A stretch of 64,000 nt of DNA from Lama guanicoe (taxonomy: Eukaryota): assembly GCA_013239625.1 (NCBI GenBank), contig MU054117.1, forward strand, positions 62,001-126,000. Direction: 5' to 3'. A program made the position numbers and the translations under genes. The notes beneath the pieces are model-generated. The model did not search any database and was not told where the DNA came from. It worked only from the letters and a program-made list of their open reading frames with translations. This document shows positions 37,326-47,957 of the stretch, one piece after another. How positions within the stretch are numbered: the first letter of the stretch is position 1; each line of letters starts with the position of its first letter.

Positions 37326-40085
37326 GAGGGTTGGAACGTACACTGATGGCAGTTTTTTGGTTGTAAATGATGGAAGTGGACTCTAGGGCTAACTCTGGGG
37401 AAGGGTGGAGGGAAGTTACTGGGAGAATATGAATTAGCTCATTTAATGGAATGAAGGGTTTGGGAGGATGAGAACCAGGGCAGCTGGGGGTCTAGAGAGC
37501 TGGGAGATGGCTCCTTCTTTTGGGAATTCACAACTGGAGGAATCAGCTCCAATTATTGTCAGTTCCTGTGTCTCTGCTTAACACTCAGATTCCAGGGAGA
37601 GCAGTCAGCCTGGCCTCAGGGCCATGCACTTTCTCCAGAGCAGGGCACCATGGTGACATGCCCCCAGGCCCCCACTCGGTGGTGGGAAGACAGTTCCCAC
37701 AAAAGAAGATGTAGGTACTGTTACCTCATGAGAGGGCCTGGATGCTGGGCTGGCAAAAGCCACGGATGTTCACCCAGGAGCTAACACATCAAGCCTGCCA
37801 GCCCAGGACCTGCATGGAGGAGTAGCCTGCTCGTTGCTGGGGGTGGTCTCTCATCCCCTCCTGCATGACAGCAGCTCCAGACCTCAGTGTCTCCATGTGT
37901 GTTAGGTTGTGATACGCATGGAAGATGATATTTGAACAGCACCAGTGAACCCTGAGGTGCTCCTACAGGGAGAAGCCCCGCCACCCCGGCAGGCATCGAG
38001 GCCTGCCCTAGGGAAGCTCTACCCCTGCCTGGTCCCGCTCAGCCTGCATCTCCTCCCCTCCAGGTAGCAGGCAGGGGAGTGGAGGCAATTGTGGGGACAG
38101 TCAGTCATCTTCTGTCCCCTTCTTCTGGCTCTCCTTGTAAGGAATTCCAGATCTTCAGGACATAAACATAATTCTCTTCTGGGTAAGGTTAGGGACATCT
38201 GGCCCAAGGGGCCTAGAATATTTTAGAGGTTTCATCTTTCTGCAGTGTAGCTGTGACACACTCCTGAGGGTGTGCCACGCTGATGGTATAGACTGGGTTT
38301 CCAGGCAGGTGAAACTTTGGCAAAGTACCTGTGGTGTGGGGGTGACCAGGATCCAAAGATCATGAATCTAGAAGAGACATGGATGTTCTTCTCATTCCCT
38401 TTTCCTTTTTTTGGTGGGGGGAGGGGCAGGGTATTGTGTTAAAATTGTACATTTTTTTTCCGTTACGAAGTATGTTCCATAGTCCATTCTTTCCCAAAGT
38501 AAAAGAGCACAAATACACAAAAGGAAGATAATCTCAAACCCGACTCATCCCTCTCTTCACTAGATGTTAACCTGTTAGTATTTACCCTTTCAAGCTCTCT
38601 TTCTTTCTAAACCCTCCAGCCTTGCTCCTCCTGGGGCAGTGAGGGGGTCCTGAAAAGCCCTGGTAAAGGGGTGGGGGTTGGGGGGGAGAACTCTGCTTAT
38701 TCTTTGCAGGTGGAAACTGGGATAAATTAAAGAGGTTCAATTCTTGGAACTCCCTTTTCTATCTCTCTTTTGAGGACCACTCAAATAGCCCCTTCTCCAT
38801 AAAACTTTCCCTGATCTCTTGGATGGGAGACTTCTCAGTCTCACAAGAGAGCACCTTCCACCTGGCAAAGACTCTCCCCTATCCTTGTCTCACTTTCCCT
38901 GCCCCATTGTCAGCTCCTCGAGGGCAGACCCTATGTCCTATTGATCTTGGGATACTCTCAGTGCCCAGACAAGTGCCTTGTCCATCGCAGACACCAATGA
39001 TGAGTGAATGACAAGGAATCAGAGGCTGAAACCAAACAGAAGTTCAGTGATCTCGAATGGGAGCACAGGGGGTTTGAGATCCTGTATATGCCCTTACTAG
39101 ACACTGGGCAAAGGAAGATGTGACATCTTTTCCTTTCCCCTAAAAGACTGATCCACTTGGATGTGTTCTCCTCTTAAGTCTGAAAATGCTGATTTGTGTG
39201 CCAGAGGTTTCAGGTTTGCTAGTTCCTTTCTGAGGCTCTGTCAGAGCCTCTTCTGTTATTGTCCCACCTCCGAAATCAGCAGCGTCTGGTGCACCCCATC
39301 CCTTCCCTCCATTCTTTTCTTCTTTTCTCCTTCACAACTGAAAACAGAGCTGTGTGAAATAAGTCATATGCAAATAGAACCCAATTGGGCTAAACCTGAC
39401 CTTTGCCCCATGCAATTTTGAAGCTGATGTTTTTATTCTGATGAGCATGTGTCTAAGCAGCAGAGGAAGGATAGCCAGAGAGCTTCTTTCCTGCCTCACC
39501 AAAAAAGGAACCAGTCACTAGGTGGGTTTTAGTTCTGCGGACAAGTAGCCTCTAGTCCCATCTGACAGTAGGCAGATCCCCAAGGCCTGTGTTCAACAGA
39601 GCTAAGTCCCATAGAACAGAAAAATATGTATATTTCTGTACACACGACACCTATACAGAAATACATATATTTGTGTGTGTGTGAATTTTTCTTAGTTGTG
39701 ACTGTACATGAAGATATAAGTCCAGGAAAACCCTGTTGACAAAATTTTCTGTGTTTCCTAGAGACTTTCAAGACCTTGCTCTGGGTTGGCTTAGGGAAGA
39801 GTCTTCTTGCAAGTTACATCAGGACTCTAGGAAACTCTTATTTAGATGATAATTACAATGTGGTGATTCTAGCTTTTACTTTTGGCTTTGGTGACTAGAG
39901 GTATCTTCCACAGATTCCCTCTTGATTTTTCTTGCTTGTACTTACACAGAATTTCTGGCTAGTACAGCACCAGTGAGTTAGGGGGCACAGCTCTCAATTC
40001 TTTGTATTATGAAAACTGATACAGAAGTAAATTTGCAGTTTTGTCAAACTGCATTTAAATTTCCTTTTTCCTGGCAGGGTGAAAC

Positions 40086-40703
40086 TGTTGTGGGGAGAAT
40101 AGATTCTTGCCTCACCCAGGAAAGAATTTAAGAGCAAGGCATAGTAAAGTGAACGTAAGTTTATTTAGAGAGATACGCACTCCACGGACAGAGTGCAGTC
40201 TGTCTCCCTCAGAAGGGAAAATGGCTTAGGAGATACACACTCCATAGGCAGAATGTGGGCCATCTCAGAAAGGTGAGAGGGAGAGAGACGGAGAGGTGTG
40301 GGGTGTTTAAAGTAAAAGTTAATACACTCCATAGACAGAGTGTGGGCTGTCTCAGAAGGTGAGTGTTACAGAGCTAGAGCGACAGAGTCAGAGCGAGAGC
40401 GACCACGAGGTGTGAGATTGTTAGGTTTTATGGGCTCGGCAATTTCACATGCTAATGGGTAGGAGGATTATTCAGACTACTTTGGGGAAGGGGTGAGGAT
40501 TTCCAGGAACCCCCACCTACCCACTTTTTTGACCTTTTATGGTCAGCCTGGGAACTGTCATGGTGCCTGTGGGTGCACCATGAGGTTCAAGGTCCACTGG
40601 AAGTCAAATCTTCCACCATCTGGGTTCTAAACAGTCTGTCCTGTCCTCAACTGCTGTGTCATTCTTTCAATGGTTGTGCCCTGTCCCCTTTCCTCCCACT
40701 TCA
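40086..40703 (-). mobile_element. ERV1-class solo LTR (618 bp), related to the LTR at 218-838
   Basis: TG...CA termini with perfect TSD AAAC (40082-40085 and 40704-40707). Minus strand shares 'attctttcctg' and 'attagcat..gaa' blocks with the first LTR. Confidence 0.9.
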
Positions 40704-41242
40704 AAACTTGCAAACCAATCAGGAATTAGTTAGAAAGATTTAATTAGTTTAAAGATTTCTAATTTTTCACTCACTATGAGAGTTTAGCCCTGGGATAAAC
40801 CCCAGACCCAGGATGTCTTCCAGCTCCAGGACATCTCAATCCATGATCCTCTTAGCTTTTCTCCAGAAGACTTGGTTGGTTTCAAATCAGTCTTCAATGT
40901 AGATGGGGAGTAGTGGGATCAAGTTTTTCATACCCTTTTTCTTCAGTAGGTCCATATGACAATGGATGTAGCCCAGAATCAAATTAGTACCAAAACATCC
41001 TGTTCCTCTCTCTTGACTCTCTTATCCTATAGACAGAGAGGATGGGCTTCTGAGCTCACCCAAGGCATCCTGGAACCTTTAGGCACCACATAGCTTGGTT
41101 TTTCTTGCAGGTACCTTGGAGCTGAACATGCCTGGGGTCATGATGAGCTGAACTAGGGGCAGTAATGGATGTGATGTTTGGAATGCTTGGATTGAATGGA
41201 CTGAATTCCTGTTGGACTACAGAATCCATCTACGGGCAGGGA

Positions 41243-41640
41243 TTTAGTCAGCATTCTTTGTTTGTGACAAAAAGCTGACCAAAACTGCTTTAAGTTAAAA
41301 AAAAAAAAAAGAAAGAAAAGGAGACAATGTACTGTTTCACATAACTGGCTTCCCCTGAGGCTTGATCTAGGGTTTACAGATGTGACCAGACACATCTCCC
41401 CTCTCCCTGTTTCTCAACTCCACCCCTGCTGGTTTAGGCTCTACCTCATGGCCCCAGGTGGCTGCCAGCAGCTCCCAGGGCTAACTGCATCCCATGTCGG
41501 GTCCAGAAAGGGGTTGTGATTGATCCTGACCCAAACCCACTGGGAATGGGGTGGGGGGGTGGTAAGTTCTTCAGTAGGAAATTAGGTTACTGTTGGCTGG
41601 AGAGGAGGAGCTCCTGTGTAGGCAACCACGAAACAAAAAC
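41243..41640 (-). mobile_element. Old MaLR LTR (MLT1J/K-like)
   Basis: 'ttagtcagcattcttt..tgtgacaaaa..ccaaaactgctttaag..aaaagga..aatgtactg.ttcacataactg...ggctgccagcagctcc'. Confidence 0.55.
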
Positions 41641-42099
41641 AAAGCCACAGGACAAGAAAGTTGGGCAGGGGTTGAGGGTAGTACTGGGTAGATTAGTCCC
41701 TCAGTATGGCAGATGGCCCATCTGGGACTGACCCCATCACAGAATTGGGTATTGTCGAAGACATGCAAACGATTTTAATATTAGCCAGTGCTAAATATAA
41801 CTCAGAGGACTGATCTCCTTTTATAGCTAAAAAAGTTTCTGTGTATATTTGTTACCCACTTCAAAGTTGTAATTTATGGATTATGTGCTATTTTGAACCA
41901 TCTGTTCCACTACTGTCTTTACTGGTTCAGGTGCAATGGCACTGAATTTGTCTGGTCACTGATCATTTGAGCAGATTCTACTCTGATTTCTATATCATTT
42001 CTCAGGGATTTGGGAGAAGAGTGATTGAATGGTGGAAAAAAGGAAACATTCATTTTGCTATTAAATTCCAGGGGGCTTGGAAGGAGAGGCACATATTTA

Positions 42100-42790
42100 T
42101 CACTTTGATAGGTAAAAATACACTATGATAATTAAAACAAGAAGATAATGTTTTTCATCTGTCAAATGGCAAGGATTACAAAAGGAATGTCCAGGACTGG
42201 TGAAGGTTCAGAGAAACTGCCACATTATTATATACTGCTTGTGGGAATGTAACTGGTGTGAACTTCCTGAAAGACTATTTTGCAATATATAGGAGACATT
42301 TTAAAAAGTGCATACCCTTTGACCAAGCAATTCTATTTCTAGAAATATGAGGAAATAATCATTAAAATATATAAACATTGACATATATGGAAAATCATAG
42401 ACATTACATATAATAATGAAAAATTGGAAATAATCTCAATGACTAAAAACAGAATCTTGCTTAAATAACTTAAAGTTACTGATGCATATGATGCAGCAAA
42501 TATAATCATGTTTTAGAATAATCTATAATGGCATAGGAAAACTCCTAGTCCTGTTAAGGAGGAAAGTAAATTGCAAATCATTTTGATCAAATTTTGTTAA
42601 AAAGATACATTCAAAAAAAGAAGATATATACACATGTAGACACAAAAAAGTATAAGAAAAAATGTATCAAAATTGTGGCAGTGATATGCTGGTAAGAGTA
42701 ATGGCTAAATTTTACTTGGGTTTTTTTTTTTTTTGAGCTTTTACAATGGGCATGTATTACTTTAGAAATCAGAACACTTTTTCTTTAAAA
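42100..42790 (+). mobile_element. Ancient L1 (L1ME-like) 3' fragment
   Basis: 'atactgcttgtgggaatgtaactggtg...aaaaagtgcataccctttgaccaagcaattctatttctagaaat...catgtattactttagaaatcagaa'. Confidence 0.75.
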
Positions 42791-45699
42791 GTAAGACAGC
42801 ACCACAATTCTTCCAATGGTCAAATTATGGATCGACACTGTTCTCCCTACTGTTTGGTACACGCCCAGTTATTTCTGGGTACCTTCCATCTCTCCACCTT
42901 CCTCTCCAATACACACGTCCATCTCCCCATCCCCAGCCTTCTCCCAGAACCCAGCCCCACTCCTCTCCTGCTCCAGGGCAGGGACGGTCCACTGAGAGCT
43001 GGTACATTTGACTAGGGATGGAACCCTGTCATGTATCTTTGATGATTTGATCCACGCCTCACCAGAGGGGTCTGATGTTTTTCACCCTCATGCAGTCAGT
43101 AAGTACAGGCTTCCTGTGCGAACCATCAGGATAACCTCATATCACTTAACAGCTCTTTGCTCACAGTAGGTGCCCAAGAAACGCCTGAATGCATAAATAA
43201 AGCGCCCAGATGAGCAGAGATGTTTTAGAGCTCTCTGGGGATAAGACAAGACAGGAGAGCTATGGGAATGAAAACTGACAGGAGGACTGGGCCAGGCAAA
43301 GAGCGACTCAAGAAGCACTGGCTTCAGAAATGACCATGCTCAGGCCTCTTAATCCATATCAAGAGTTTACTGGCTCCCACACCATTTTGTTAGAGTGACC
43401 ATCCCTGTGAGGATTTCAGCAGTTTAAAAAGAATGAAATTATTAGTCCATCTTATTTTTTCAGGGCTGTGTCACACACAACTGTCAGTGGAGCAGAAAAT
43501 TTCACTAAGTGGCAGGCAGAAGTATTAGGCAGCAACCCTGTGCGGAGAAGCCCCTCCTTGGGGCAGGGGGCTAGGGATGGGGCTGATCCTGCCTCCAGGC
43601 ACGGGAGGAGTTTTCCTTGCTCTTTGCTATTGAATTTGCCAGATGTGTCAAAGATGTAATATCACCTCCAGAACATAAACAATACACCAGTGAAATGAAT
43701 ACACAGTGCTTCTCACTCTGCTCCTTGAGTGGTCTGGCCCACTGTGAGCACCTGCTCTACTCTACCAGGCTCCCTGGATTCCACTGTGGGGGTTTTGCTA
43801 CTTTGTATTTGTTCCTTTGTTGCTTATGGTTCTCTGCTTGTTACATATAAAAAGGCTGTTCACTCAGAGCAAGGGTTGCAGGGGAAAATTCAGGACTTGG
43901 AAAACTAGACTGTTACTCACCAGCATTGTTAACAGCAGCCAAATACGTCAGCCTTTTTGAGCTTTGCCTGGAAAAAAAACTGCTCCTAGCCCTCCTGACA
44001 TGATTGTTTTGAGGCTGAAATGGTAGTATAGGTAGAGAGATCAATGAAAACACAATCGAGGTGTATCACATTATTTTTTGCACGGAATGCAGTTGATTCT
44101 TAAGAAATGGGAGATAGCATTGCAGTTTTGGGCTGTGACGGTAGGCGCTGGAGCTAGACCTGCACTGTGGGCACTTGGGCCAGTCAGCACTAAGCCTCCT
44201 TTCTCTCCCTACAGCGATAGTGCTTCATGGAGTTGACCTGAGGTTGAAATGAAAAAATACATGCAAAGTACTTCCAAACAGTACGGAGCACATGGTAAAA
44301 TTGAATAAATGTAAACTGCTGCTGCTGGTGTAAGTGAATGAGAGATGTAAATAGGTCAATAAAAAATGCACAGTAGGGCAGACAATCAGGGTTTTTGGGG
44401 CACAGAGGAAAAGTGGGAGGTCTATAAGCCAGCAGTTTTTGTTCATCAATCTGGGAAGGCTTCATGGAAGAACTGGACTTTCTAGAACTCTTTGAATAGT
44501 AGTTGGAAGATGAGTTGTCTAGCTGGGGAGTGGAGCTGTTAGTAAGGGTGCCCCAAACGCATGATGCAATTTGGAAGAGGACTGAGTGGGTGCAGGGTGA
44601 GCAGATGATGAGGGGGATGAAAAGTTCTGAGAAAAGAAGGTAGAGTTGGTCTGAAGCTTGGTGCAGCAGTGGAGGCCTGCTGCCTTGCAAAGCTCGAAAA
44701 TGGAGCAGATGGGATCCCTACCTGACACTTTGAGGTCCTGAGTTTGATGTGCAGTTTGGCTGAGAGCCTGACTGGCCTTGCAGACTTGAATGGCTGCTAC
44801 AGACTTGAGGTAGTGACCAGCACCTTGGCAACTCTATTGAGGCCAGGACCAGCAAGACCTGTTGCTGAAGGCAGGGATTCTGGACGATTCAACAGGTGGA
44901 TGAATTACTAATGGAAGCTTTGTCTGAGTATGTGGAGGAAGAGAGAAGAGGACGAGGTGACTCTTGAAAGAGTAGAAATTATTGGGGAGGGTGTGGCTCT
45001 GCTTCAAGACGGGGACCCAGAAAGAATACTGAATTTGTCTTGACAAAACGTGGGGCTGATAATGTCTGTAAAGGAACTGGTGTCAGATTTATACTTCCGC
45101 TGAAGAAAAGCCTGCCTACTTTAAACCAAAGTTCTTTAGGATGGTGGAACATGCCCCAAATTGAAGAACATAGGTAAATATATTGCTAACGCCATGCGAA
45201 GGATCATAGGCTCCCAAAATATGAGAAGGACCATCAGAGATCAATTCTAGTCCAATATCCTCTTTGGATTAGATGAGATAACCGCGGCTGAGATGGAGTA
45301 ACCTACCCAAAGGCACACACGTGTATCTGGTTCAATTCTCTCCATATTTTCTTTTAGCTTTCTAATCCCCAAATTTAAGGATCCCCTAATCTCTTTGTTT
45401 CAGAAAGAAAACTCTAGTTGTTTTGTGTGGCAAGTACTGATGGCAACGAACACGTGCCCTTTAATCGCACCCCCCGCCTGCTCGTTGGGCCGGCTTTGCT
45501 GTGCCCACCGGACTGGCTTTGCTGTGCCCACCGGGCTTTTCCATTGGCCATTTCGTGCGGCTCCTCGCCCCCTTCCAAGGTTCCCAGCCAATCAGTTGCT
45601 CCCTGCCCCTCGGGGCGGGCTTTGCGGAATGTACCACCGAGCCCGCGGGGTGGGTAGAGAGGAAGGAGGGCGTGGCGGCGGCTCCTTTCTTTACCTTCT

Positions 45700-46070
45700 G
45701 CACAGAACCGTGAGCCTCTGGCGGAGTCTGGGTCTGCGGGTAGCGAGGGCGTCCCTGGCGGCGGAAGGCGAGCGGGTCTGGAGGCGCGCCGAGGTCAGCC
45801 GCCCCGAGACTGGGGTCCTGTGGTCGCGCCTCGGGGGCCGCAGCCCCGCCCTCCCATGTGCCCGCCCCGCCCGGCGGCCGCGCCGCTGCCTCAGCCGCCG
45901 CCTCAGCTGCCGCCGTGCTGCGCGCGCGGGACGCCGAGCGCTGAGGGGCAGCCGCAGGCCTGAGGCGCAGCCAGAGCGGGGTCGGCGGACGCCGCGGCGG
46001 AGGGGCCGAGGGGCCGAGGCGCGGGACTGCGGGCTGCGGCTGGGACGCGGCGCCGCGGCATGAGGCGGAG
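45700..46070 (+). other. First exon of an unidentified + strand gene (start approximate); mostly 5' UTR with an ATG 11 nt before the donor
   Basis: GC-rich leader with (GCC)n-like repeats ending GCGGCATGAGGCGGAG|GTGAGA, donor GT at 46071-46072. Confidence 0.65.
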
Positions 46071-46284
46071 GTGAGACGGGCTCCGGGACCGGGCCGGGCG
46101 CCTCCCTCTGGCCGCCGCGGCCCCGGAGCGGTCGGCGGGCCGCTCGGCGCGCTCGCCGGGGTCGCCGTCGAGGCTGGGCGTGAGGGGTACCCCGTAGGCT
46201 GCCGCGCGTTCGCGAGCGGACGCGCCGCGGAAGAGCCGCGCGGGGGAAGGCGGGCGCGGCGGGGCCTCGACCCCCCGTCCTGCT

Positions 46285-46416
46285 CTGTGACCCCCCTCGT
46301 GTCTCCGGTGTCCCCCGCCCTTCCCTGTGAACCCCCGTGTCCCCCGTCCCCCGCCCCTCCAGTGTTCTCCCTCGTGCCCCTGTGCCCCCTGTCACCCCCC
46401 GTGTCCCCCGTCCCCT
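46285..46416. repeat. Degenerate C-rich tandem repeat (unit ~CCCCCGTGT)
   Basis: Repeated 'cccccgtgtcccccgtcccc' blocks. Confidence 0.75.
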
Positions 46417-47821
46417 GAGGCGCACCTACAGCCCGTGACCTCCCTCCAGACTCGGTTAAGGGAAAGCAGCTCCTGCGGTACAAACCGCATCCTGAGGTTT
46501 AAGGTGGCTGTTTACTGGCGTCGCTTACGCTCAGTGCGGAGAAACGGAGGCGCGTTGTGAACAGTCCCTTTTCGAGCCTTAGCACGTTGTCTTTTTCTGG
46601 GATGTGGATGGAGAGGTGGTGTTTAAACTGCAAGTCCTGTCTGACAGTTTGCTGGGAGACCGTCGTTTGGATTGTGCCCGGGGAGGATGAGATGAGTTCT
46701 GTAGCCCTTCGGCTACTTGGCTCAGTACCTGGCCACACAGACGCTAGTTCCTTGTGCTGGCGGTTCTCCTGTGAGCACACCTGTAAAGGGCCCTCAAGAG
46801 GATGTTCTAAATTTCGCATTTGATTGTCAAATGGGCTTGGTCAGAAATTTGGCTCCGGTTGTTTTTAGTCCTACAGTGAGTTTTTGTGCTCAGGTTTAAA
46901 CTTTTATTTTTTTAACCTTTTTTGATTGTATTTTAAATATCATGAGTTAGTTCCAGAATTACAGGAAAAGTATGGTTGAGGTGTTCCTCTTGAAAAGAAT
47001 CTTTAGGAACTTCGACCTGGTTCCTAGCCAAGCCTTCTTTCTGTATTCACAACACTAAGCTTTGAAATGTCTGGAACTTGACTGCTAATCAGATTGTGAG
47101 TTTTTCCCCCAGACGTGGGATGGTTCAGGTGAGGGTGGTTTCATGGTGCTTGTAGGTGTGGGAGAGAAAATGGGTTTGGAGTAATGTATACAAAGTACTT
47201 AGTGCAGTGCTGGGCACGCAGTAGATGCTTAGTAAGTATCAGTAATTTTTTCTTTCCTGTTTGGGTTTGGGAGACGTAGGGTTGGTGACATTGGATGCAA
47301 TTTTGAGTGCAGGCTACCTTCCCAAGTTAGAAGATTAGCCCCTCCACCCTACTTGTCTGCCTGTCCCAGCCGCTAGCGCTCACACCTAAATGTTTATGGT
47401 AGGTTAAAGATGAAATCTGGACCTAGAAGTAAAAATCAAACAAAGGAAAATTGAGCTCTTCCTTCCAGCTCACATGTCACATTTTTCTGGAAAGGATGGT
47501 GTGTGCCTTGGAAGAGGTCTTATACTGCTCAGTCCAGGAGAATAAATGGTCAAAACTGACCCTTTTTTGGGGTCTGTCAAGTAGTCCCATGGGTAAGGAT
47601 TTTGGTGTGTTGGTTTCACATGTCCAAGTGGAACTATAAACCTTTTCTCATTTCTCATATTGGCATCTAAGAAATGGCCAGGGTGGGTGAGACCTGACCA
47701 GAAGGCAGGGCACGTCCTAGATTTGATGGGCTCTGCCTCTGAACTGGGCTCTGCAAGGAGCAGCCAGGTGCCGCCTCCTGCTTGTAGCAGGCTCCACAGG
47801 AGCAGATGGAAAGGCTGCCAA

Positions 47822-47957
47822 GGTAGGCGGGTATAGCTCAGCCGTGGAGCGCATGCCTAGCATGTAAGAGGTTCTGGGTTCAATCCTCAGCACCTCCTTT
47901 AAGAAATAGGTAAATAGATAAGCAGATCTAACTACCTCCCCCCAAAACAAAATAAAC
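47822..47957 (+). mobile_element. tRNA-Ala-derived SINE (Vic-1 type), long-tail form
   Basis: GGGTATAGCTCAG..GCATGCCTAGCATGTAAGAGGTTCTGGGTTCAATCCTCAGCACCTCC plus tail, with degenerate TSD AAAGGCTGCCAA/AGAGGCTATCAA. Confidence 0.9.

Larger units (their letters stand above)
45450..46560 (+). promoter_or_regulatory. CpG island 2: promoter of a + strand gene
   Basis: Very high CpG density. Inverted CCAAT (ATTGG 45543-45547), CCAAT in AGCCAATCAG (45588-45592), GC box GGGGCGGG at ~45612, and a GCGC-rich NRF1-like site at ~45919. Confidence 0.9.

Noticed and set aside
46060..46070. Possible PRC1 first exon (MRRS start with 11 coding nt and CCAAT boxes)
   Set aside because: No EVLAEESIVCLQKAL-type exon 2 is visible in the following 18 kb, and no VPS33B exons lie upstream as synteny would require.
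45395..46483. Long ORFs in CpG island 2 (222, 244 and 340 aa)
   Set aside because: Low-complexity R/A/G/P-rich translations overlap in several frames on both strands, as expected from stop-codon scarcity at very high GC. No recognisable domain.
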